From contig JAWWBW010000001.1 in NCBI GenBank assembly GCA_033720775.1, forward strand, positions 1-51,698: a stretch of 51,698 bases of DNA, written 5' to 3'. Below the pieces are notes generated by a model that saw nothing but the letters and a program-made list of their open reading frames with translations, was not told the DNA's origin and ran no database searches. How positions within the stretch are numbered: the stretch's first letter is position 1; each line of letters begins with the position of its first letter. The stretch comes from Oleiphilaceae bacterium (lineage in GTDB: Bacteria; Pseudomonadota; Gammaproteobacteria; Pseudomonadales; Oleiphilaceae). Both the position numbers and the translations under genes were made by a program. Positions 36,566 through 49,303 of this stretch are shown one piece after another.

Positions 36566-37003
36566 ATGACGACAAGCCAGCACAGAGATTACATACGTCA
36601 CCCAACCTCTATTCCGCTCGAGGTACAGTCTCAAGTTACGCCCGAACAAATGAGTCTGCAGCTTAATAACGTGAGTGTCGGGGGGCTGGCATTTACCTCC
36701 CCCATGGAGTTTCACCCCGGTGCTCTAATCAAACTGAAGATACGTGCCGTGAAGCCGGTATTTAAAGTGCATGGCATCGTGCAATGGTGTCGGCGTTTAG
36801 GCGACATGTTTGAACTCGGCGTACAGTTTCTGGATCAGGACGATGCCTTTCGTGTGCGCATGGTGGAGCAGGTTTGCCACATAGAGGAATATCGCAAGTA
36901 TGTGCAAACCAAACAGGGACGCCGACTCAGCAAGAATCAGGCGTCGTTGGAATGGATTCAATTGCACGGCAAAGGCTTTCCCGGCTCCAATTCCAAAAAT
37001 TAA
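36566..37003 (+). CDS. PilZ domain protein (c-di-GMP receptor)
   Basis: RxxxR (RDYIR) followed 22 aa later by NxSxxG (NVSVGG). 145 aa. Confidence 0.8.
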   Translation: MTTSQHRDYIRHPTSIPLEVQSQVTPEQMSLQLNNVSVGGLAFTSPMEFHPGALIKLKIRAVKPVFKVHGIVQWCRRLGDMFELGVQFLDQDDAFRVRMVEQVCHIEEYRKYVQTKQGRRLSKNQASLEWIQLHGKGFPGSNSKN

Positions 37004-37077
37004 ATCTGCCAGCGATAGGTCTTATGCTGACCCCGGCCTGTTGATTGACCCTTAGGCTAGACGCTTCGGCTGAGTGG

Positions 37078-37869
37078 TTAGCCCAATAGCAGTGCGTCGT
37101 CTTCAACCGCTTCATGATTTTTATGGAACAGGTCGAGTAAGTCCTGCGTACCCAATCCTTTGCGGTCATCGCCTGCCACATCCAGTGCGATGCGCCCCTG
37201 ATGTAGCATGATCGTGCGATCGCCCACCGCGAGCGCCTGTTTCATGCTGTGCGTTACCATCAGGGCGGTAAGATTCTGTTCTGCCACAATCGATTGGGTC
37301 AGCTCTAAAATGAACTGGGCGGTTTTGGGGTCCAGTGCTGCGGTATGTTCATCCAGCAATAAGAGTTTCATGGGTTGCAGGGCGGCCATTAGCAGGCTGA
37401 CGGCTTGGCGCTGCCCCCCTGATAGCAGCCCGATTTTATCGGTGAGTCTGTTCTCCAGTCCCAGCTGAAGTGTGGCCAGTCGTTCCCGAAATCGTTCGCG
37501 ATAGGCTTGTTTAGCCGCCTTTCCCAAACCACGTCTTTGGGTGCGAGACATGGCCAGTGCGAGATTTTCTTCAATCGTCAGGTTTTCGCAGGTGCCCATC
37601 AGCGGGTCCTGAAATACCCGTGCAATTAAGGGGGCCCGACGGTGTACGGGCCAGGCGGTGATGTCCTCGTCATCCAGCAGAATATGACCTTGCTGGCAGC
37701 TCACCTCACCGGCCAGCGCATTGAGTAGTGTGGATTTGCCTGCGCCATTGCTGCCAATGACCGTGACAAACTGGCCCTTTGGAATGTCGATGCTGACACC
37801 GCGCAGGGCGCGATTTTCAAGCGGTGTGCCGGCATTGAAGATGACTTCAAGTTGTTCGGCCCTGATCAT
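37078..37869 (-). CDS. ABC transporter ATP-binding protein (COG1101 type)
   Basis: Walker A GSNGAGKSTLLN, signature LSGGQRQAVSLL, Walker B LLLLDEHTAALD. ATGA overlap with the permease stop. Confidence 0.9.
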   Translation of the reverse strand: MIRAEQLEVIFNAGTPLENRALRGVSIDIPKGQFVTVIGSNGAGKSTLLNALAGEVSCQQGHILLDDEDITAWPVHRRAPLIARVFQDPLMGTCENLTIEENLALAMSRTQRRGLGKAAKQAYRERFRERLATLQLGLENRLTDKIGLLSGGQRQAVSLLMAALQPMKLLLLDEHTAALDPKTAQFILELTQSIVAEQNLTALMVTHSMKQALAVGDRTIMLHQGRIALDVAGDDRKGLGTQDLLDLFHKNHEAVEDDALLLG

Positions 37870-38753
37870 GCGCGCATCCTCTTCATGCGTTGTTTGAATT
37901 GCGGGGCGACAATGGCGAGTGTTACCAGCACCGCGGTAATCAGGTTTAAGTCCTGCGCTTTAAGGCCGAGTACTTCGGCATTCAATGCAAAAGCGACCAC
38001 CATGCGGTAGAGAATGGAACCCACCAGACAGGCCAAGACCCAAAGCAACAGGGTGCGAATGGGCATAATGGCTTCCCCGCCGATCACTGAGGCCAGACCA
38101 ATCACTATGACGCCGACACCCATGGTGACATCGGCACTGCCTTGGCTTTGCGCAAAGAGCGCTCCCGCGAGTGCGACGAGCGCGTTGGATAGCGCCATAC
38201 CCATAAGAATGGCGCGAGAGGTATTGACGCCATTGGCGCGGGCCATGCGGGGGTTGGCTCCGGTCGCGCGCATCGCCAGCCCGGTTTCGCTCTGTAAGAA
38301 CCACACCAAAGCCCCCGCCACAATCAGGGCCAGTACGCCAAACGCAATGGGGTAGGCGATGTAGTAGGGGATGCCCAGATCATCCAGTGGTGTCATGAGC
38401 GTCGATACGCCCAGCAGCGCTTTATTGGGGCCGTCCATAATACGCAGGTTAATGGAATACAGTGCAATCATGGTGAGGATCGAGGCCAGCAAATGTAAGA
38501 TGTGCAGGCGCACATTCAACCAGGCAGTCACTAACCCGGCCCCGGCCCCAGCCAGACAGGCGCTGAATGTGGCAAGCCACGGATTCACCTCGGCCACAAT
38601 CATGGTCGCTGCGACGGCCGCTCCCAGCGGGAAGGAGCCGTCGACAGTGAGATCCGGAAAGTCCAGCACTCTAAATGACAGAAACACGCCAAGGGCAACC
38701 AGTCCAAAAATAAAGCCGGTTTCCAGCGCGCCGAAAAAAGCAAAGCTATTCAT
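37866..38753 (-). CDS. ABC transporter permease (COG4120 type)
   Basis: 295-aa polytopic protein. N-terminus ALETGFIFGLVALGVFLSFRVLDFPDLTVDGSFPLGAAV is typical of this permease family. Confidence 0.85.
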   Translation of the reverse strand: MNSFAFFGALETGFIFGLVALGVFLSFRVLDFPDLTVDGSFPLGAAVAATMIVAEVNPWLATFSACLAGAGAGLVTAWLNVRLHILHLLASILTMIALYSINLRIMDGPNKALLGVSTLMTPLDDLGIPYYIAYPIAFGVLALIVAGALVWFLQSETGLAMRATGANPRMARANGVNTSRAILMGMALSNALVALAGALFAQSQGSADVTMGVGVIVIGLASVIGGEAIMPIRTLLLWVLACLVGSILYRMVVAFALNAEVLGLKAQDLNLITAVLVTLAIVAPQFKQRMKRMRA

Positions 38754-38778
38754 AGCGTCTCATTCATTACCTGATGGA

Positions 38779-39747
38779 TTATTCAACCACCACTTTGGCG
38801 CGCTGAATGAGTTCGGGTTTTAGCGTCAGTCCCATGCGTTCGGCCGCACCCGGGTTTACATATAGTTCCGTTTTTTGCACGCCCTGGACTGGGATATCTC
38901 CGGGAGCCTTGCCTTGCAATACGGCGACGACCATTTCGCCGGTTTGACGTCCTACATCGTAGTAATTAAAGCCCAGTGCCGCCACGGCACCACGTTTGAC
39001 GCTATCGGTGTCGGCGGCAAACACGGGGATATCCGCCTGCTGCGCGACCTTGATGACGCCTTCGAGTGCGGAGATCACGGTGTTGTCGGTGGGTAAATAA
39101 ATGACATCGACTTTGCCCAGCAGCGAGCGTGTCGCCGTTTGAACATCGGCGGACTTAGGCGAAGCAGCCTCGACAACCTCCAGGTTTAAGCCTGGTGCAT
39201 GTTGTTTGACCAGATTAACCAGTGCGACTGAATTGGCTTCGCCGGGATTGTAGATAACGCCCAGCTTGGCCGCCTTAGGCAGCGCCTCTTTGATGAGCTG
39301 TAAATGCTGATCTACCGGCGTGAGATCTGAAACGCCCGTTACTTTGGGGCTTGGCTGGTCCCACGCTTTCACCAGTTTGGCTGATACCGGATCGGTCACG
39401 GCGCTGAATACGACGTTGCTGTTGCGCGCCGACGCCACAACGGCTTGCGCTGAGGGGGTGGCGATGGCCACGATTACGTCGGGGTTTTCGCCCGCAAATT
39501 TTTTGGCTATTTGCGCCGCTGTCGCCGTCGCACCCTGGGCGCTTTGGTAATTCCAGGTCAGGTTTTCGCCTTCTACCCAGCCGGCTTCCTGCAGTACATC
39601 TTTGACACCTTGTCTAACAGAATCCAGCGCCGGGTGTTCCACAATCTGTGTAATAGCCACGTGTTTGTTCGCGGGTGGACTGGCTAACGCCAGGCTTGTC
39701 AGGCCTGCGATGAGTAAGGTCAGCATGCAGTGCAAGATTTTAGGCAT
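38779..39747 (-). CDS. ABC transporter periplasmic substrate-binding protein (PF04392 ABC_sub_bind / COG2984 type)
   Basis: The ATG at 39747 gives a signal peptide (MPKILHCMLTLLIAGLTSLALA). VAITQIVEHPALDSVRQGVKDVLQEAG...VIVAIATPSAQAV is typical of the family. The ORF-track start at 40002 is inside lutC. Confidence 0.85.
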   Translation of the reverse strand: MPKILHCMLTLLIAGLTSLALASPPANKHVAITQIVEHPALDSVRQGVKDVLQEAGWVEGENLTWNYQSAQGATATAAQIAKKFAGENPDVIVAIATPSAQAVVASARNSNVVFSAVTDPVSAKLVKAWDQPSPKVTGVSDLTPVDQHLQLIKEALPKAAKLGVIYNPGEANSVALVNLVKQHAPGLNLEVVEAASPKSADVQTATRSLLGKVDVIYLPTDNTVISALEGVIKVAQQADIPVFAADTDSVKRGAVAALGFNYYDVGRQTGEMVVAVLQGKAPGDIPVQGVQKTELYVNPGAAERMGLTLKPELIQRAKVVVE

Positions 39748-39818
39748 GGTTCGTATCCCTTGTTCAACAATTAGGTGAGCCCGAAGTCTACTTAAACTTG
39801 TTGAGGTGGTCAGCTTTT

Positions 39819-40490
39819 TTATGGTGATTCTTGCAGCACGATAGCGATCAGGCGCTTGGGGCCGTGTGCCCCATAGGCCAGCGTTTGTTGAATATCGGCG
39901 GTTTTTGAGGGGCCCGACACAAACACGATGTTGCTTGGCATGGCATCGCTTTGCCACGAAGCATGCGTCATGCACTGTGCAAGTGATTGATAAGCCGGGC
40001 AATTCTCATCGACGATGGCTATGTGCACTGGGGGAACCAATGAAAGGGTGCGTGGCGTATCCTGATCCGGTATCAGCACCAGTGTGCCGGTTTCCAGAAT
40101 CACACCATTCACCGTCGTGATGCCGGCATCCATCTGCTCAAACAGGGCAGGCTTCAGGGCTTCAAATGGCTGGTCATATTCATGCACGCACAGGTTGGCG
40201 TCTTTCAGCGCATTTTTCAGGGGGGTATTCCAAAATGCATTGGCAGTGCTCATCACATGCTGCCAGCGCTCACGCTCGCACAGCTCTTTGAGGGTGTTCG
40301 CCAGTTCGCTTTTGCTCGTGATAATGACTTCTGCTCGATTGGCGGATAAAGCCTCTTTGATCTGCATAGGCATGGCGCCACAGGATTGGGGGGCTTCGTT
40401 TGTGCTCGCCCGTTCTTCAAGCTGCGCGCGCTCGGGGCCGCTTTGCGCTCTCAGGCGCGCCAGTATGCTGTTGCGACTAGTTGTGCTCAT
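39819..40490 (-). CDS. lutC: Lactate utilisation protein C (LUD domain)
   Basis: LUD-domain pattern (LVLIPDQDTPRTLSLVPPVHIAIV..., IVFVSGPSKTADIQ). The start overlaps the lutB stop by 14 nt. Confidence 0.8.
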   Translation of the reverse strand: MSTTSRNSILARLRAQSGPERAQLEERASTNEAPQSCGAMPMQIKEALSANRAEVIITSKSELANTLKELCERERWQHVMSTANAFWNTPLKNALKDANLCVHEYDQPFEALKPALFEQMDAGITTVNGVILETGTLVLIPDQDTPRTLSLVPPVHIAIVDENCPAYQSLAQCMTHASWQSDAMPSNIVFVSGPSKTADIQQTLAYGAHGPKRLIAIVLQESP

Positions 40491-41868
40491 GGTTTTTGTT
40501 ATTTCGCTGTTTCATCAGTTGGTGCAGGCTGGTTTTGGCTGGGCGCGGAAATGTGCGCTGCTTCCATGCCTTGGGCGTGGGGAATGGCAGCTTTCGGCCA
40601 AAACGGGCGATACCCGTGATCAAACGATAGCTGCGCGGGTGCGTGTTCAACCAGCGCCATATCTGCCATAAAACGCCTTCGAATCGGCGGGCATGGGGTG
40701 AACTGTGTTGAGCTCGTTGGCGTAAGCGTCGAATCAGCATGGGCAGGTCTATCTTTACCGGGCAGGCTTCTCCGCAGGCACCGTTGAGTGAACAGGCGCT
40801 CACTAATGGTGCGTGGGTGGCGAGTCCTTCGAGCTGCGGAACGAGTACTTGGCCGATGGGGCCGGGATAAGTGGTGCCATAAGCATGACCACCAATGCGC
40901 GTGTAGACGGGGCAATGATTCATGCAGGCGCCACAGCGAATGCAGGCCAGCGTTTCCTGCATGTCGGCATCTTGTTGTATACGTGAGCGACCGTTATCGA
41001 GAATAACGAGGTGAACCTCTTTGGGGCCGTCCTGCTCGTGATCTTTTCTGGGGCCAGAGATGAGATTGAGGTAGGTGGTAATGGCTTGCCCTGTCGCAGA
41101 TCGGGTGAGTAAGGATAGCAGTGGAGGTAAATCGTTAAGGCTTGGGATGACTTTCTCAAGCCCCATCAGCGCCACATGAACGGGGGGTACCGTAGTGGAC
41201 ATGCGCCCATTGCCCTCGTTCTCGACCAAACATAAGGTGCCGCTCTCTGCCGCGGCAAAGTTCACGCCCGAAATACCCATGTCAGCAAACTGGAATTTGT
41301 TACGCAGTACCTGTCGACCAATGCCGATTAGGCCATCGACATCGTCGGGGTCGCGGCTGACATTCAGTTTGTCTTCAAATAGCTGTGCAATCTGTAGGCG
41401 GTTTTTGTGTATGGCGGGCATGATAATGTGTGACGGGGTTTCTTGGGCCAGCTGCACAATGTACTCGCCCATGTCAGACTCAATGCATTCGATGTCCTGA
41501 GCAATAAGGTGTTCGTTGAGGTGAATCTCCTCTGTGGCCATGGATTTGCCTTTCACCACGCGCTTAACGTCATGTGACTGCGCAATTTGCGTAATAATTC
41601 CGCGCGCCTCCGTCGCGTCGGCCGCCCAGTGCACATGAATACCATTACGCTGACAGTTGGCTTCGAGCTGCTCCAGCAGCTCCGGTAATTGTGCGAGTAC
41701 GTGCCTTCGCAGTGCCGCGCCCTGTTGTCTCAAGCTTTCCCAGTCGGCTACCTCGTTAATGCTTTGCGCGCGCTTGTCGCGCAGAAAATGCATGGCACCT
41801 TTAAAGTTTTGCCGCAATTCTGCATCGTTTAGAGCTTGGGTGATGCGTTGCGAAAACTCATTCGTCAT
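40477..41868 (-). CDS. lutB: Lactate utilisation protein B (4Fe-4S ferredoxin-type + LUD domain)
   Basis: Cys clusters CIRCGACMNHCPVY and CSLNGACGEACPV. N-terminus MTNEFSQRITQALNDAELRQNF is typical of LutB/YkgF. The ATG at 41868 overlaps the lutA stop by 11 nt. Confidence 0.9.
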   Translation of the reverse strand: MTNEFSQRITQALNDAELRQNFKGAMHFLRDKRAQSINEVADWESLRQQGAALRRHVLAQLPELLEQLEANCQRNGIHVHWAADATEARGIITQIAQSHDVKRVVKGKSMATEEIHLNEHLIAQDIECIESDMGEYIVQLAQETPSHIIMPAIHKNRLQIAQLFEDKLNVSRDPDDVDGLIGIGRQVLRNKFQFADMGISGVNFAAAESGTLCLVENEGNGRMSTTVPPVHVALMGLEKVIPSLNDLPPLLSLLTRSATGQAITTYLNLISGPRKDHEQDGPKEVHLVILDNGRSRIQQDADMQETLACIRCGACMNHCPVYTRIGGHAYGTTYPGPIGQVLVPQLEGLATHAPLVSACSLNGACGEACPVKIDLPMLIRRLRQRAQHSSPHARRFEGVLWQIWRWLNTHPRSYRLITGIARFGRKLPFPTPKAWKQRTFPRPAKTSLHQLMKQRNNKNHEHN

Positions 41869-42610
41869 ACGCCACTCCAAATGCCTGTGCGATGATCGTG
41901 GCAATATGAACGCAAGGGTCCTCGCCGGTTTGGTGTTTTAGGTGCGATCCGATATTCATCAGGCAGCCGCAATCGCCACTCACAATGTGTTCTGACTGCA
42001 GATTGCTAAGGTGTTGTGCCTTATCGGCAGTCATACAGGCAGAAATTTCTGGAGATTTAACCGCGAAGGTGCCGCCAAATCCGCAGCATTCTTCTGCGTT
42101 TTCAGGTTCGCTGACGGTGACTCCGGGTAGGCTTGTCAGGATGTCGCGCCAACGCTGGGCCACCGGTACTTCGCGTAGTGATGAACACGATAAATGTAAG
42201 CTGATGTGCTGGTTTGTTGCGCTCTGCTGCAGTTGTTCATAGGGAAGTTTGTCGGCAATAAAGTCGACGAGTTCTACGCAGCGGGCCGCTAAATCCTGCG
42301 CGGCTTGCGCCAAGGGCGTGTCAGCCATGAGTTGTGCATAGTGGTGTTTGATCATGCCCGCGCAGGATGCACTGGGTACCACCACGGGTAGCGGCTCTTG
42401 GCTAAATGCCTTGATTACGTTTTTCGCCACATCGAAGGCGGCTTCGCGATACCCTGAATTATAGGGGGGTTGGCCGCAACAGGTCTGCTCTAGAGGGAAT
42501 TCAACCTGATAGCCGCACAGTTCAAGCAGGGCCAGCGCGTCCATGCCAACCTTTGGGTACAGTTGATCGATCAGGCAAGTGCCGAACAGATACACACGTT
42601 GGTCATGCAT
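41858..42610 (-). CDS. lutA: Lactate utilisation protein A (CCG-domain Fe-S oxidoreductase)
   Basis: Two CCG motifs (QTCCGQPPYNSG and ECCGFGGTF). ATG at 42610 (MHDQRVYLFGTCL...). The ORF-track start at 42694 overlaps the upstream gene. Confidence 0.9.
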   Translation of the reverse strand: MHDQRVYLFGTCLIDQLYPKVGMDALALLELCGYQVEFPLEQTCCGQPPYNSGYREAAFDVAKNVIKAFSQEPLPVVVPSASCAGMIKHHYAQLMADTPLAQAAQDLAARCVELVDFIADKLPYEQLQQSATNQHISLHLSCSSLREVPVAQRWRDILTSLPGVTVSEPENAEECCGFGGTFAVKSPEISACMTADKAQHLSNLQSEHIVSGDCGCLMNIGSHLKHQTGEDPCVHIATIIAQAFGVAYDE

Positions 42611-42636
42611 GGTAGGGCTCGATGAGAGTGATGGCG

Positions 42637-43575
42637 CTAGTTTGCGGTAGCTCCGGGGAGTTTGTTGATATCGATGGATTCGACATCGTGCCAATCGCTG
42701 TTGCTGGCGGTTTCAAAGCCATTGGCGACAAAGATGTCGGCGAGAAGATTGCGACCCTCTTCTGTTCGGTCCATATTAATTAACGCGCGCTGCAGGCGAT
42801 TAATCGTAAAGAACGAAACGCGAGGGTGCGCGGCAAAAGCGTAAGGCGTAAAGCCGGGAGAGGACCATAGTATTTTTACCTTTTGCTGGGTGCTCAGATC
42901 TTGTCCTTTAAGATCTTCATCGCGCGTCGCAATGGCGGCTACCTCCTGTTTTAACAGGGCTTTGAAGGTCAAATCGGCCGAGGCATAAAACTTGGGTTGG
43001 TAGTCTATCCCGATGCGTCGCAGGCTTTCTCTGGGCACAATACTGCCGCCGAAACTAAGCGGGTCCGGGTAGCCAATCGTTGCCGCTTTCAACTCGTTGA
43101 TATCAGTTGATGAACTGTCCTGACGGACGACGATCAGGCCCTTGATGGGTTGTGCCCTGCGCTTGGCGAAGGCGTTGTATTTGGGGTGTTGTTTGAAAGC
43201 GACAAATTGCATCGGGTCAAGGTAGGCCAGGTCGAATTCGCCTTTATTCATGGCAAGTTCAAAGGCCAGGCGCTCTTTTGGAATCACCAGCTTCAAATCT
43301 ACACCACTACGCTGGCTTAATTCTTTGATGACAGCCTGCCACGCTTGCTCACGCGTTGGCGCCTGTTCCCCGGCGCGGACCATAATATGCTGGCGCTTGT
43401 TTTTAATCGCATCAAACTTGGTTGCTTCAGGGTTGGGTACCTCTTCATACGGTATATAGGGTGAGGGGTGTGAGGGAGAAATAGCAAGCGTCAGTGTTTG
43501 TGCTTGTGCCGAAACGCTAAAAACGAACAGTAGTAGCGAGGCAAAGGCGGCGGCAGTGGAAATGCGCGTTTTCAA
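42637..43575 (-). CDS. Periplasmic substrate-binding protein, PhnD-like (phosphonate-bd family, type 2 PBP)
   Basis: Signal peptide MKTRISTAAAFASLLLFVFSVSAQA. GEFDLAYLDPMQFV and ATIGYPDPLSFGGSIVPR resemble the PhnD/PF12974 family by eye. No adjacent cognate permease or ATPase of that family. Confidence 0.6.
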   Translation of the reverse strand: MKTRISTAAAFASLLLFVFSVSAQAQTLTLAISPSHPSPYIPYEEVPNPEATKFDAIKNKRQHIMVRAGEQAPTREQAWQAVIKELSQRSGVDLKLVIPKERLAFELAMNKGEFDLAYLDPMQFVAFKQHPKYNAFAKRRAQPIKGLIVVRQDSSSTDINELKAATIGYPDPLSFGGSIVPRESLRRIGIDYQPKFYASADLTFKALLKQEVAAIATRDEDLKGQDLSTQQKVKILWSSPGFTPYAFAAHPRVSFFTINRLQRALINMDRTEEGRNLLADIFVANGFETASNSDWHDVESIDINKLPGATAN

Positions 43576-43749
43576 AATCTGAGCTCTCCGGTGTGAAGCG
43601 TTATGAGGCCCCTAATATAGAGGTGACGCGATCAAGTTTAAAGTCGCACCGGGCGGGTTAAGTATTGATTGAGACACAATAGGCTTTCTGGTATTCTGGC
43701 GCCCCATCTTGAGATGAGAATCTCCCCCCTTTTTTATTCAGTAACATAG

Positions 43750-47629
<3,880 letters not shown>

Positions 47630-47689
47630 GTCGTCTCAAGCAGGCCAGCGGGCGAAGCATCTCGTCATCTGGCCTGGTGAGTTGTTGTT

Positions 47690-47713
47690 GAGTGATGCAC
47701 TAAGGCATCACTC
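47690..47713 (+). terminator. Candidate terminator after eno
   Basis: GAGTGATGC-actaag-GCATCACTC, a 9-bp stem followed by CCGTTTTCCC. It is preceded by a second hairpin, CAGGCCAG...CTGGCCTG (47641-47676). Confidence 0.5.
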
Positions 47714-47820
47714 CCGTTTTCCCTTCATTCTCTTCGCGCATTTTCTGAATCTGGGCTAGAGTAAAAAGATTCCCTTGATTAATCGCATTTGCCCTGCCGG
47801 ATAATGAGGCTTTATATCCC

Positions 47821-48099
47821 ATGAAGTATTTGTGGAGTTTTATGCTGTTCCTGATATTGGCCTTGCAGTATCGTTTGTGGGTCGGTGATGGCAGCTTCAC
47901 AGAGGTATGGCGCCTGCAAGCAAGCGTTGACGCGCAGCGTTTGCAGAATGAGCAGTTACATTCTCGTAATCGACAGCTAGATGCCGAGGTGCTTGACCTT
48001 AAAAACGGCGTTCAGGCGATAGAAGAGCGCGCGCGTTCAGAACTGGGTATGATAGGCCCTAATGAAACTTTCTTTATGATGGTGGGCAGCCATCAATAA
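47821..48099 (+). CDS. ftsB: Cell division protein FtsB
   Basis: 92 aa with an N-terminal TM then a coiled coil (LQYRLWVGDGS...ERARSELGMIGPNETFF), typical of FtsB. Position before ispD. Confidence 0.85.
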   Translation: MKYLWSFMLFLILALQYRLWVGDGSFTEVWRLQASVDAQRLQNEQLHSRNRQLDAEVLDLKNGVQAIEERARSELGMIGPNETFFMMVGSHQ

Positions 48100-48104
48100 C
48101 TCCA

Positions 48105-48815
48105 ATGAATCAAATGCACACACCTCAGCACTGGGTGGTGATTCCCGCAGCGGGCATCGGCTCGCGAATGCAGGCAGATAAGCCCAAGCAATACCTTACT
48201 CTTGGCGACAAGACGATATTGGAGCACACGCTTCAACGTTTTTTGGATCATTCTGACTTTGCCGGTGTGGTTGTCGCGCTGTCTGAGCATGATGTCTATT
48301 GGCATGGCTTGGGGATTCAACATGAACGACTTCATACTTGTATTGGCGGTGCAGAGCGTTCTGATACCGTTAGCGCAGCTTTGCAGTATTTGTCGTCAAA
48401 AGCTAACGCCAATGACTGGGTATGGGTGCACGATGCTGCGCGACCGTTAGTGACCACTAGCGATATTGATGCTCTGCAGGAGGCTATTGAAGCATGCTCA
48501 GAAGGGGCCTTGTTGGCATTGCCGGTTGTCGATACTTTAAAGCGCAGTAATGCTGAAGGCAGGTCTGAAGCGACTGTTGATCGCCGTAATTTTTGGCGAG
48601 CGCAAACACCTCAGGTTTTCCGTTATGCTTCTTTGTGCGCTGCCTTAAGCTCAGCCAGCCAAAACGGTTTACTGGTGACCGATGAAGCCTCGGCAATAGA
48701 GGCTTCAGGTGGGCGGCCTTGTCTGGTCGAGGGAAGTGAAAGAAACATAAAAATTACCCGGCCAGACGATCTGGTGCTAGCCGATCTATATTTGAAACAA
48801 GAGAATTCAGCATGA
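48105..48815 (+). CDS. ispD: 2-C-methyl-D-erythritol 4-phosphate cytidylyltransferase
   Basis: [11 protein letters not shown] motif. 236 aa. 4-nt overlap with ispF. Confidence 0.9.
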   Translation: MNQMHTPQHWVVIPAAGIGSRMQADKPKQYLTLGDKTILEHTLQRFLDHSDFAGVVVALSEHDVYWHGLGIQHERLHTCIGGAERSDTVSAALQYLSSKANANDWVWVHDAARPLVTTSDIDALQEAIEACSEGALLALPVVDTLKRSNAEGRSEATVDRRNFWRAQTPQVFRYASLCAALSSASQNGLLVTDEASAIEASGGRPCLVEGSERNIKITRPDDLVLADLYLKQENSA

Positions 48816-49303
48816 GTCAATTTCGGATAGGGCAGGGCTTTGATGTGCATGCCTTTGGTGAGGGTAGTTTCGTTACGCTTGGTGGTGTGCGCATACCCTA
48901 TGAACAGGGCTTGGTCGCGCATTCCGACGGGGATGTCTTGTTGCATGCTATTTGTGATGCCCTGTTAGGGGCGTTAGCTCTGGGGGATATTGGTCAGCAC
49001 TTTCCCGATACTGAAGAGCGTTGGCGTGGGGCGGATAGCGCTGCGCTTCTCGGAGCGGTTTATCAAAAAGTGCTGAATGCGGGTTGGTGTTTAGGCAACC
49101 TCGACGCAACCATCATTGCTCAGGCGCCAAAAATGTCGCCCCATATTGTGGCGATGCAGTCGTGTATTGCTGAGGTCTTGCAGGTTGCCGTGAATCAAAT
49201 TGGCATTAAAGCAACGACGACAGAAAAACTTGGGTTTACCGGTCGCAAAGAAGGTATTGCCTGTCAGGCCTCGGTATTGCTGGAGCGTCTGCAGAGTGAC
49301 TAA
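48812..49303 (+). CDS. ispF: 2-C-methyl-D-erythritol 2,4-cyclodiphosphate synthase
   Basis: GQGFDVHAF and [10 protein letters not shown] zinc-ligand motifs. 163 aa. Confidence 0.95.
   Translation: MSQFRIGQGFDVHAFGEGSFVTLGGVRIPYEQGLVAHSDGDVLLHAICDALLGALALGDIGQHFPDTEERWRGADSAALLGAVYQKVLNAGWCLGNLDATIIAQAPKMSPHIVAMQSCIAEVLQVAVNQIGIKATTTEKLGFTGRKEGIACQASVLLERLQSD

Noticed and set aside
39748-40002. N-terminal 85-aa extension of the ABC binding-protein ORF; similar extensions occur at 25662-25796, 42611-42694, 49200-49295, 10391-10453, 12435-12515 and 16466-16525
   Set aside because: The extensions overlap the upstream genes or lack signal-peptide logic. Internal ATG/GTG starts give canonical N-termini, signal peptides or ATGA/TGATG coupling.
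40084-40671. 195-aa plus-strand ORF spanning the lutC/lutB junction antisense
   Set aside because: The opposite-strand genes carry clear LUD and Fe-S motifs. This frame is Ser/Arg/Ala-rich with no start context.
43711-43735. GAGAT-gaga-ATCTC hairpin followed by C5T6 in the pyrG leader (possible CTP-sensing attenuator)
   Set aside because: The stem is only 5 bp and AT-rich, so it is too weak to call. No attenuation mechanism is established for gammaproteobacterial pyrG, and I have no way to test conservation here.
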